Positions 29,429 through 37,854 of a DNA stretch of 62,158 nt are shown here, piece by piece. A program made the position numbers and the translations under genes. A model generated the notes under the pieces. It was not told the origin of the DNA. It worked only from the letters and a program-made list of their open reading frames with translations, and did not search any database. The stretch covers positions 1 through 62,158 of the forward strand of contig JAYEKO010000004.1 of NCBI GenBank assembly GCA_034661055.1. Reading direction: 5' to 3'. The stretch is from Campylobacterota bacterium. Its GTDB lineage: Bacteria; Campylobacterota; Campylobacteria; Campylobacterales; Sulfurimonadaceae. How positions within the stretch are numbered: position 1 is the first letter of the stretch; each line of letters opens with the position of its first letter.

Positions 29429-30619
29429 TTAATAAAGGAAACCAAACAACCAAAGAGGTATCTTATTATTAACTCCAACCTCTATATCATCTGCTACAAC
29501 ATATCCATTTTTTACATCTTTTAACTGCTTAAAACTTTTATCTTTCCCACCTACTTCAAAAGTATATTTTTCTTCTAGAATAAAGTCGCCACTCTTTGGA
29601 TAGTTGATAATATGTGCATACGATACTGATGATGCAAAAAATGTTTCTCTTAATGTTCCTGTTTTGGGACTATCGCAAAATATTGAGAATAAGTTAGTAT
29701 TATCTAAATATAGCTTTTCAGGCTTTGATATAATACTGACACCACTTGATTTTGCACCTAATATTCTAATTAGCCCAGCTGCTTGTAAAATTCCTAAATA
29801 TTTATAGAGAGTTCTTTGGTTAAGCTTAACTGCACCACAAAGCTTTGAGATATTGATATCATATGGCTCACTTTGGCAAAGCATTATCATCATTTTTTTA
29901 AGAGAGTTAATCTTATCATGGTCAATTGTATAAATCATTGGAAGGTCTGTTTCTAAAATTTGCATTGAGGCACTTAAGAGCTTTTGAATATAGCTGTCTT
30001 TAGAACTTGTATAAAATGGATATGCACCACTTTTTAAATACTCCTCAAAATATGCAAATGGTTTTACTTTTGATAAAATCTCTATCGCATGTGATGTATG
30101 ATTTTGCAAAATTTCATTTAAGGAGATAGGTTCAAAATTTTCATTTGTTTCTAGTTCTAAAAATTCTCTAAATGATAGTACAGGTAATTTATGTATAACA
30201 GCACGCCTGCTTAAATCAGCCTTTGCATTATCTATCGCTATAGCATTTGATCCTGTAAAAATAATATTTAAAGAGAAAAAACTATCATAAATCAATTTTA
30301 GATCTGTTTCAAAATTTTTAATCTTGTGTATCTCATCAATGATTAAAACCTCTCCACCTTTTTTTTGGAACTCATCTGCTATTGCAAAAAGTCCAAGTTC
30401 AACTACAAGTGGATGGTCTGCCATAATATAAAGTGTTTTTTTTATTTTATATATAGTATGTAAATATTGAAGTAGCATTGTAGTCTTTCCAACACCTCGA
30501 GAGCCTAAAACACCTATAAGTCGCTCGTTAAAGTCGATTTTATTAAATAAAAACCTTTTATATTTAGGGACTTTTTGAGCTAAAATTTGATTTGAAAGTA
30601 GTTGTAGTTGTTCTATCAT
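29429..30619 (-). CDS. AAA_14 / DUF4143 ATP-binding protein
   Basis: GSRGVGKTT, IIDEIH, TGS, KPEKLYLDNTNL, FEVGGK.K, IPLWLFGFLY; start ATG 30619. Confidence 0.88.
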   Translation of the reverse strand: MIEQLQLLSNQILAQKVPKYKRFLFNKIDFNERLIGVLGSRGVGKTTMLLQYLHTIYKIKKTLYIMADHPLVVELGLFAIADEFQKKGGEVLIIDEIHKIKNFETDLKLIYDSFFSLNIIFTGSNAIAIDNAKADLSRRAVIHKLPVLSFREFLELETNENFEPISLNEILQNHTSHAIEILSKVKPFAYFEEYLKSGAYPFYTSSKDSYIQKLLSASMQILETDLPMIYTIDHDKINSLKKMMIMLCQSEPYDINISKLCGAVKLNQRTLYKYLGILQAAGLIRILGAKSSGVSIISKPEKLYLDNTNLFSIFCDSPKTGTLRETFFASSVSYAHIINYPKSGDFILEEKYTFEVGGKDKSFKQLKDVKNGYVVADDIEVGVNNKIPLWLFGFLY

Positions 30620-30797
30620 TTTTATTCCTATACTAATTAAACAATATATATTTTGTATTGTAGTACAAAATAATACAATAGTCAAATATATTTAAATACA
30701 AGTAATTCATAAAATATAATAAGCTGTTGAATTTCAAATATACTGTTTTTGCTATATTAAACGCCAAAATATCGATTATCTATGCATAAACAGTACA

Positions 30798-30959
30798 TTA
30801 AAGCCCATAATCTATCAGTTCCATATCATCATCTATATTCAAATATTTCATTGTTGTATCAATCTATGTGTGGTTTAAAAATCGTTTTGCATGCACAATT
30901 CCTAGTTTTTTGTAAACCTTAGTTGCAGCAGTTCTTCTCATTGTATAAACTGTCACCCT
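30798..30959 (-). pseudogene. Tyrosine recombinase/integrase C-terminal fragment
   Basis: YTMRRTAAT..Y..LG...FLNHT*IDTTMKY matches box II H-x-x-R ... LGH-x-x-I-x-TT-x-x-Y; in-frame TAG at 30864-30866. Confidence 0.75.
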
Positions 30960-31139
30960 GTAAGCGAGCTTCTCTTTCTGTCCACCGGATTTTCCACCGC
31001 TGTGCGCATAATACTCTTTTTCACTCCGATCACTGACATAGCGCTCCATTGCACTAAAGTCAAATCAGTTTCTGACATCAGTCACACTGCGTCGCCATTT
31101 TTTGTCGATGTCGCTATGTCCTTCTCTACCGTTAAGCCA
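30960..31139 (-). pseudogene. jetC: Wadjet JetC (SMC-like ATPase) C-terminal fragment
   Basis: NGREGHSDIDKKWRRSVTDVRN*FDFSAMERYVSDRSEKEYYAHSGGKSGGQKEKLAY; TGA at 31065-31067 where DVRNWF is expected. Confidence 0.75.
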
Positions 31140-31273
31140 ATGATTGAGCGTAATATTTCTTTTTTGCACAAAGGCAAAGTAAAAAAATGCCAGTGACATG
31201 GCGAAGTTGTCACTGTTGAGCAGTTTTAGGGTTAAGTTGGGGCTTTTAGGTTTTTGAGATAGTCGTAGGTCAT
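31140..31273 (-). pseudogene. jetA: Wadjet JetA (DUF3375)-like N-terminal fragment
   Basis: MTYDYLKNLKA/frameshift/NLTLKLLNSDNFAMSLAFFYFAFVQKRNITLNH resembles the DUF3375 N-terminus. Confidence 0.6.
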
Positions 31274-31339
31274 TTTATTTTAAATTACCTAATTCAAATT
31301 TCATTAATATTTTTACACTACAATTCAATTTGAATTTCC

Positions 31340-31531
31340 TTCTTTTTATCTAGTCTTTTTACATGATAAAGTTTTGTTTGAACTAGCAATGCCGTACTAG
31401 CTTGATTTTCCTTAAAACTAAACTCAAAAAAGAAACTGCCCTCTTTTCTTTGCGTTGACAAGGGGATGCCAAAAAACATCTGCTTTGAAAACTTTACCTT
31501 TTCCATTTTGCTCAAAGCCAATATTTTGACC
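31340..31531 (-). pseudogene. PemK/MazF-family toxin remnant
   Basis: GQNIGFEQNGKGKVF in one frame, then FSKQMFFGIPLSTQRKEGSFFF..ALLVQ..KRL in another; RPV segment and both termini missing. Confidence 0.65.
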
Positions 31532-31636
31532 TCATAATTTACAATTTGGTAATCGTAAGTATTCAAGCACAAAAGCCGTATTAATGTAGCTAAACGCATT
31601 CTTGTCTTTTTACGTAATTTGATTATATCATATATT

Positions 31637-31795
31637 ATGCTATCAGTTAGGCTAGAAAGTTCTATGGAGTCTAAGCTTGAAAACTTAGCAAAAGCTACAC
31701 AAAGACCAAAAAGTTTTTTTGTTAAAGCAGCACTTGAAAACTACCTTGATGATATGATAGATTACCATGAAGCACAAAAACGTTCTGAAGCTTAA
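31637..31795 (+). pseudogene. RelB/CopG-type (RHH) antitoxin, apparently C-terminally truncated
   Basis: MLSVRLESSMESKLENLAKATQRPKSFFVKAALENYLDDMIDYHEAQKRSEA*. Confidence 0.7.
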
Positions 31796-31912
31796 GCTTC
31801 GATTTGATGATAAAGTTTTTAAAGATTTAAAAAAATTAGATAAGACTTGGCAAAAAAAATTCTTGAATCTATTAAAACCAAACTTATATATGACCCATAT
31901 ATCGGTAAAAAG
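31794..31912 (+). pseudogene. RelE-family toxin N-terminal remnant
   Basis: KLRFDDKVFKDLKKLDKTWQKK, frameshift in the A-run near 31852-31859, ILESIKTKLIYDPYIGK, then similarity ends. Confidence 0.65.
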
Positions 31913-32062
31913 CTTCTCCAAAGCTTTCCAAACAACCAAAGAAGAAGTTGAATAAATGTTAAAAAAAGCCACAGACGACTTTGTAAAATACCTATTGAAA
32001 TTGCAATATCTTTTTAAGATATTTGTGGCATAATTGTTTTACTTATTTATGAAGGAAACAAT

Positions 32063-32587
32063 GTGAAACGACCAGAACCTCTTGATGAAGAGATTGTACT
32101 CGATCCAAAACGTTATTTAGTCAGTGAGACTGATGCAAAAGGTGTTATTACTTACTCTAACAGCTATTTTAGAGAGATAGTGGGTTACTCTGAAGAAGAG
32201 TTGATAGGTCAGCCACATAGTCTTATTCGCCACCCTGATATGCCAAAGCTAGTCTTTAAACTTTTATGGGACACTATTGGCAGTGGTCAAAATATTAACG
32301 CTGTTGTAAAAAATTTAGCAAAAGATGGACGTTACTACTGGGTATTTACCGAATTTAATATTAAAAAAGATGCTGACAGTGGTGAGATTATTGGTTATAT
32401 GGCATCACGAAAAGCGGTTTCTAAACATGTTGTAGCCATTATCTCAGAGCTTTACAAAAATCTTTTAGAGATTGAAAATAGTGATGGCCTAGATGTGGCA
32501 CAAGAGTATCTAGATAAGTTTTTAAAAGAAAAAGGTAATGATGTCACTTTTTCAAATATAATGGAAAATATTCATAAGTTCTATTAA
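32063..32587 (+). CDS. Stand-alone PAS-domain protein (Aer/CetB-like)
   Basis: VSETDAKGVITY, GQPHSLIRHPDMP, VKNLAKDGRYYWV. Confidence 0.88.
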   Translation: MKRPEPLDEEIVLDPKRYLVSETDAKGVITYSNSYFREIVGYSEEELIGQPHSLIRHPDMPKLVFKLLWDTIGSGQNINAVVKNLAKDGRYYWVFTEFNIKKDADSGEIIGYMASRKAVSKHVVAIISELYKNLLEIENSDGLDVAQEYLDKFLKEKGNDVTFSNIMENIHKFY

Positions 32588-32702
32588 CTCTTAATACAAT
32601 ATTCTTATATATCTCTTCCCTTTTTCCTACTCTTTCCTCGATTTAACCTTAAGGGAAAGAGCGTATGCTTCTCTATTAGTTAAAAAAATGATTCAGTTAA
32701 AC

Positions 32703-33197
32703 TTAAATAATGGGATGAGTAGAAAGTAAGTCTTTCTCAGCCACTATAATCCCATGATCATCAGCATAAAGATACTCGCCTGCTCTAAATGTAACATCAC
32801 CAAACTCTAGTTCAATGTTACGCAATCCAGCAGAGATTTTTCTACTTTTTTTAGGGCAGGTGTTGAGGGCAAAAAGAGCCACGTCAATTTTACATGTATT
32901 TTTTGTGTCTCTTATATAGCCGTTAACAATAATTCCGTTCCACTCATTCTCTTTTGCAAAACCCATAAGTTTGTCACCAACAACAGCAACATAGCTTGCA
33001 CTTACATCAACAACAGCGACTTTGCCTTTTCCGTTTTCTTTAAGTAGGGTGATGAGGTCGGTGTTGTCCTCATCAAGCTTTATGGTCACAATCTCTCCAC
33101 AGCAGTGATCCAAGCCTCCGTATGAGTTGAAGTGAGGTGCTAAAACTTGAACATCATCATGATGTTCATCACATATATCTGCAGTATCAAAAGTCAT
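32703..33197 (-). CDS. rraA: RraA family / HMG aldolase-like protein
   Basis: TADICD, FNSYGG, AVVGD, GYIRD, YADDHGI. Confidence 0.85.
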   Translation of the reverse strand: MTFDTADICDEHHDDVQVLAPHFNSYGGLDHCCGEIVTIKLDEDNTDLITLLKENGKGKVAVVDVSASYVAVVGDKLMGFAKENEWNGIIVNGYIRDTKNTCKIDVALFALNTCPKKSRKISAGLRNIELEFGDVTFRAGEYLYADDHGIIVAEKDLLSTHPII

Positions 33198-33269
33198 TTT
33201 GTAGTCCTAAATTAGATTTTAATTGAATTATAGATAGAATCTTACCATTATTTTATAGCTAGGTCGTTT

Positions 33270-33677
33270 ATGAAAAAAGTGGTTACCGGGGTTGTGGGCA
33301 ATGATATTCATGTTGTTGCCAATAGATTAATTGAAATTTCACTGCAAGAGCGTGGTTTTGAGGTCTTTAATTTAGGGGTAAATACCTATCTTGAAGAGTT
33401 TATTGATGCGGTGATTGAGACGGATGCGGATGTGCTTCTTATCTCTTCGCTTAACGGTGAAGCAGAGGGTTGGTGTCGTGATTTAAAGCTACTAAAGAGT
33501 CAGTACGATATGAACAGAGTTGCCTTTATGATTGGCGGTAACTTGGGTGTTGGTGAGATGGATGCTCAGACAATAGTCCCAAAATACCAAGCGTATGGAT
33601 TTGACTTGGTTTTTCATCAGATTGACCTAAATGAGGGTATTGATGCTCTTGAAGAATTTTTAAAAGAGCGTTCATGA
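33270..33677 (+). CDS. Cobalamin-binding subunit, glutamate/methylaspartate mutase S-like
   Basis: GNDIHVVAN (DxH), NLGV, SSLNG, IGGNL B12-binding motifs. Confidence 0.88.
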   Translation: MKKVVTGVVGNDIHVVANRLIEISLQERGFEVFNLGVNTYLEEFIDAVIETDADVLLISSLNGEAEGWCRDLKLLKSQYDMNRVAFMIGGNLGVGEMDAQTIVPKYQAYGFDLVFHQIDLNEGIDALEEFLKERS

Positions 33678-35035
33678 GCATGTTACAACGAGATAGAGAG
33701 ATTATTGTCAATAATGAGTACATTGACAATTTTGATTTTGATGAGATTAAAGAGTTTGTAAAAGGTGCGAGTAAAGACCTTTTTATCTCACATAAGTTTA
33801 AAACATCTAAACAGATGTTAGTGCAGCCTCGTGGCGGTTTTCCTACTTATGACAAAGTCTTTGCACTTTATGGTGAATTTAAAGAGGCAAATGTTGATGT
33901 GCTCCCGTTAACCATTGATTCAAACACACGCCTTAATGATTATGCTATGGCTAAAAAAATGCTAGCACTATCTGAAGAGAATGATGTCAATATGCTTAAT
34001 GGTTATCCGCTTGTAAATCATGGCTATAGAACAACACGCAAGATGATTACGCACTACAATACTCCTGTTAGTTTACGTCACGGAACTCCTGATGCACGGC
34101 TTTTAATTGAGATTGCTTTAGCTTCTGGTATTTTCGAGATTGAGGGTGGACCAATTACCTATTTGCTTCCATACTCTAAAAATTTCCCACTAGATAAAGC
34201 ATTTTTGTACTGGAAGTATGTTGAAAAAGTGTGTGCTGCGTACTCTGACTTAAACGAACCGATTAATCGTGAGTCTTTTGGGCCTCTCTCAGCAACACTG
34301 CAGCCACCTGCTATTGTCATTGTCATTCAACTACTTGAGATGCTGCTCTCGCTAGAGGAGGGGGTTAAATCGTTCTCAGTAAGTTTTTCTCAAACGGGTT
34401 CAATGAATCAAGATATTGTCAGCTCCAACGTCATTAAAAAACTGGCTCGCAAATATGCAGATAAGTTTGGACATAGTGATGCAACTGTTAATCTGGTTTA
34501 TCACCAGTGGATGGGAGCATTTCCTCGTGATAAGACCTATTCTGACTCACTCATTAACACAAGTACGGTTATTGCGGCACTAGTTGGTGCCGATAAAATC
34601 ATTACAAAAACTCGTGAAGAGGCATTTGGAATTCCAACCAAAGAGGCAAATGCCCAAGCAGTGGCTAATGTGAAATATACGCTAAATATGCTTCATGGTC
34701 TGCCTCATGTTGTTGATGAGGAAGAGGAAGAGAACTTAACAGAGCAGGTTGATGATATTTTAGAGGCGGTCTTTAACGATAAAGCCGACACACTCTGGAG
34801 AAAAGTCTTTAACTCCATTAAAAATGGAATTATTGATATTCCTTTCTCTCCGCATATTATTAACAATAATGAAGTTATTACGGTTCGTGATGATCAGAGT
34901 AACATCCGTTTTTATAAACGCGGAAAAGTACCAATATCTGACCGCTGTTTTAAATTTGAACGCGATAAACTCAACATTGCTGATGACAGTAGAGTCGTTG
35001 AAAAGATTATTAAAGATATTGGAGTAATGCTATGA
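33674..35035 (+). CDS. glmE: Glutamate/methylaspartate mutase E subunit-like
   Basis: VQPRGG, LTIDSNTRLN, LNGYPLVNHG, RHGTPDARLL, EGGPI.Y.LPY, NRESFGPL, HQWMG. Confidence 0.85.
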   Translation: MSMLQRDREIIVNNEYIDNFDFDEIKEFVKGASKDLFISHKFKTSKQMLVQPRGGFPTYDKVFALYGEFKEANVDVLPLTIDSNTRLNDYAMAKKMLALSEENDVNMLNGYPLVNHGYRTTRKMITHYNTPVSLRHGTPDARLLIEIALASGIFEIEGGPITYLLPYSKNFPLDKAFLYWKYVEKVCAAYSDLNEPINRESFGPLSATLQPPAIVIVIQLLEMLLSLEEGVKSFSVSFSQTGSMNQDIVSSNVIKKLARKYADKFGHSDATVNLVYHQWMGAFPRDKTYSDSLINTSTVIAALVGADKIITKTREEAFGIPTKEANAQAVANVKYTLNMLHGLPHVVDEEEEENLTEQVDDILEAVFNDKADTLWRKVFNSIKNGIIDIPFSPHIINNNEVITVRDDQSNIRFYKRGKVPISDRCFKFERDKLNIADDSRVVEKIIKDIGVML

Positions 35036-36219
35036 GTAAGCTATTGATTGATATTGGAAGTACTTACTTTAAAGTCAGTAGCAGTGAGAACTTAGAGCAG
35101 CACTTTAGAAATTTTGATAAGAATATTTTTGATGATCTGAACTCTAAATGTGCTGATACTCTTACAAAGTATTCTAAAGAAGATACTTACATCTGTTCCT
35201 CTGCAAATGGTGGTTTAAGTACGCTTATTATTGGTATTAGCCAGTCATTTAGTCTAAAGTTTGCAACCAATATCGCTTTTAATTCGGGCATTAATATTAT
35301 TGATACGGTGCTTTACTCTAAAATTGATGAATATACTCCGCCACGAGAAGAGGTTGATGTCGTTATTGTTGTAGGTGGTATTGACTCTAATGCCAATATT
35401 TTTGATGAGACACTACTTAAATATCTAAAAGAGGTTAAGTATCATAATATTGTCTATGTGGGAAGTCAGAGCAGCAGTGAGTTTTTAAGAGAAAATATTG
35501 AAAATCTAAAAGTATTTAAAAACATTCTTACCAATAAATTACATGTAGATGAAGATGAGTTAAAAGAGTACCTAACCAACCTCTATCAAGAAGATATTAT
35601 TGGAAAAGAGGATATTAAAGAGCTTTACTCGTTGACAGCAAATCAAATCTACTCAACGCCATATGTTGTCAATAGGACCCTGAGTGATCTTAATGAGCAT
35701 TTTGATGTGGTTGATCCGTTTTTACTTATTGATATTGGTGGTGCAACGACCGACATTCATTATAGTACCGATCTAGTTCATGACAATATTTTAACGACAA
35801 GTGGATATGACCGACTTGTCTTTAAAAAACTTGGAGTCTATAAGTCACGAGAGAGCCTTGTCTTTAGTGCTAAAAATAATGAGTTTGTATATGAACTTTT
35901 AGATCATCTAATGGTTAATGAAAATATCTTAGAAGAGCATAGCCAAAAGGCGACACGAATCTTAATGCAGCTTGCAGTATTTCTGGTGCTCTACAAGGTG
36001 TCAAAACATCATGAGTCCTACATTGAGCTAACCTTAGAAAAGCTTAATTCAATTGTGCTTACTGGTGGGATAACAAAAGTACTTGGTTTTGAGGAGTCCC
36101 AGGAGATTATTCAGTTTTTTTACAAAAAAATTCTTCACTATCATCAGACTCCAAAAATTATTTTAGACAGCGACTATAAAATCTGGACACTAAGAGGGAG
36201 CGACAATGTCAGTCAATAG
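35032..36219 (+). CDS. glmL: Glutamate mutase L (GlmL/MutL-like reactivase, actin-fold ATPase)
   Basis: IDIGSTYFK, CSSANGGL, IDIGGATTDIHY, TGG. Confidence 0.82.
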   Translation: MSKLLIDIGSTYFKVSSSENLEQHFRNFDKNIFDDLNSKCADTLTKYSKEDTYICSSANGGLSTLIIGISQSFSLKFATNIAFNSGINIIDTVLYSKIDEYTPPREEVDVVIVVGGIDSNANIFDETLLKYLKEVKYHNIVYVGSQSSSEFLRENIENLKVFKNILTNKLHVDEDELKEYLTNLYQEDIIGKEDIKELYSLTANQIYSTPYVVNRTLSDLNEHFDVVDPFLLIDIGGATTDIHYSTDLVHDNILTTSGYDRLVFKKLGVYKSRESLVFSAKNNEFVYELLDHLMVNENILEEHSQKATRILMQLAVFLVLYKVSKHHESYIELTLEKLNSIVLTGGITKVLGFEESQEIIQFFYKKILHYHQTPKIILDSDYKIWTLRGSDNVSQ

Positions 36220-37780
36220 CATTAGAAACTTATTGGAGATAGCTGAGCATACTCTGCCAAACAAGATAGCACTTAAAGAAGATAACATTACGCATACGTA
36301 TGCAGAACTTTTTGCCAAAGTTAATCAGATTGCACACTACTTTGGTGAACTAGACTTACCTCGTGGTTCTCGCATTGGAATCTACTCCAATAAAAGCAGT
36401 CAGCAGGTCATAGCTATTTTAGCACTACTAAGTTCAGAATATGTTTTTGTCCCTATAACAAGACTGCTTAAGCCAGAACAGGTAGCACATATTATTGCTG
36501 ATTGTGACATTAACTGTATTGTTACTGATGGTGCTAAAATCAAGAATATTAAAGCTATTGATTTTAGTGGAAAAGTCATCTCGTATGAGGCACACGAAGA
36601 TGCTGATGTCTCTTTTGAAGAGATATATAAATGCTACAGCGGTAAAATTACATGTAAAATCAATGGACACGATAATGCTGTGATTACCTATAGCTTTGGT
36701 TCATCAGGAGACCCTAAAGGGATTGTCATCACACATAAGAGTTTAACTGATGGTGCGCGTGTGGTTACTAAATATTTAGATATTAAAGAAGATGACATTA
36801 TTGCAGGTCTGCTTACCTTTAATTTAGATTATGGACTTAACCAGATTTTTTGTACACTTTATAAAAAAGCGACATTGGCTATTCATAAATTTATGTTGCC
36901 AAGCGACTTTTTTACCTTTTTAATTAACGATAAAATTACTGTACTGCCATTAATGCCAATTCATATTACACAGATGTTCGATGAAGACCCCCATAAAATT
37001 CCAAGTTCTGAGCATCTAAAACACCTACGTATTATTACCTCTTCAGGTGGAAATATTACGTCACTTATGCTTAAAAATATTGCCGACAACTTTAAAGATG
37101 CGCTCTTTTACTCAATGCATGGACTCACTGAAGCATTTCGTTCGGCATACTTAGATCCCAAGCAGATTCATATTCGTCCAAATTCTATTGGTAAGGCCAT
37201 ACCCGATGTTGAACTTTTTGTAATTGATGAAGAGGGTAATGAGTGTGCTGCGCGTGAGATTGGTGAGTTAATTCATAGAGGTACATGTATTTACAAAGGC
37301 TACTGGAACTCTCCTAAAGAGACAGCACAACGATTTGCAAGCATCAGTATTTTAGATAAAGTCTTACCATTAGAGGGCTGTTTGAGTGATGAGATTGTTG
37401 TACGCAGTGGTGATTATGTTTACAAAGATGAAGAGGGTTACATCTATTTTGTCTCGCGAAAAGATGACATGATTAAAACTCGTGGTTATCGTGTAAGCCC
37501 TTATGAGATTGAGAGTGTTGTTTATGACAATATTGCTGAGGTTAGAGAGTGTGCTGTTTTCTCTGCTCCCAATGCAGAGATTGAAGAGGAGATAATCTTA
37601 GTTTACAATGCTGCTTCTAAACTATCTAAAAATGAGATTATCTTTGAGCTTAAAAAGCACCTTCCCAACTACATGATCCCTGCGCAGGTAATCTATAAAA
37701 AAGAGATGCCGTTTCAGTCACTACACAATAAAATGATAGATAAAAAAGTCCTAAAGCAAGACATTTTAGACAACTATTAA
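36206..37780 (+). CDS. AMP-binding adenylate-forming enzyme (acyl-CoA ligase-like)
   Basis: YSFGSSGDPKG, HGLTEAFRS, SGD, RKDDMIKTRGYRVSPYEIE. Confidence 0.88.
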   Translation: MSVNSIRNLLEIAEHTLPNKIALKEDNITHTYAELFAKVNQIAHYFGELDLPRGSRIGIYSNKSSQQVIAILALLSSEYVFVPITRLLKPEQVAHIIADCDINCIVTDGAKIKNIKAIDFSGKVISYEAHEDADVSFEEIYKCYSGKITCKINGHDNAVITYSFGSSGDPKGIVITHKSLTDGARVVTKYLDIKEDDIIAGLLTFNLDYGLNQIFCTLYKKATLAIHKFMLPSDFFTFLINDKITVLPLMPIHITQMFDEDPHKIPSSEHLKHLRIITSSGGNITSLMLKNIADNFKDALFYSMHGLTEAFRSAYLDPKQIHIRPNSIGKAIPDVELFVIDEEGNECAAREIGELIHRGTCIYKGYWNSPKETAQRFASISILDKVLPLEGCLSDEIVVRSGDYVYKDEEGYIYFVSRKDDMIKTRGYRVSPYEIESVVYDNIAEVRECAVFSAPNAEIEEEIILVYNAASKLSKNEIIFELKKHLPNYMIPAQVIYKKEMPFQSLHNKMIDKKVLKQDILDNY

Positions 37781-37792
37781 ACTTTTTACAGA

Positions 37793-37823
37793 CTTGACAG
37801 AACTGCACTCAATTTAGTATAAT
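37793..37823 (+). promoter_or_regulatory. clpB sigma70 promoter overlapped by a HAIR-like (HspR) operator
   Basis: TTGACA 37794-37799, TATAAT 37818-37823; CTTGACA-N7-ACTCAAT (37793-37813) versus HAIR CTTGAGT-N7-ACTCAAG. Confidence 0.7.
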
Positions 37824-37854
37824 GCAAGTAACTAAAGTTTAAAGGATTTATGAA

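Larger units (their letters stand above)
29182..32000. mobile_element. Degraded accessory/defence island (boundaries approximate)
   Basis: Contains an AAA_14 ATPase and fragments of integrase, Wadjet, PemK-like and RelBE genes; TTTTACTACA repeats at the left edge. Confidence 0.65.

Noticed and set aside
30864..31067. In-frame TGA/TAG in the JetC and integrase fragments as recoding or an alternative genetic code
   Set aside because: TGA and TAG are normal stops throughout the window, and the surrounding sequence is frameshifted and truncated, so these are nonsense mutations.
30864..31972. ORF-track entries 30864..31049, 31002..31196, 31318..31599, 31685..31972 and 31767..31955 as real genes
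   Set aside because: They are chimeric or antisense read-outs of the pseudogene fragments described above.
29182..32000. Absence of TACATGTA from accessory patches as proof of a self marker
   Set aside because: The accessory patches total only about 6 kb (about 3 copies expected), and a core-gene-rich stretch (25-9038) also lacks copies, so the window has too little power.
33198..33269. Cobalamin riboswitch upstream of the mutase operon
   Set aside because: The intergenic region is only about 70 bp, AT-rich, and shows no B12-box or structure.
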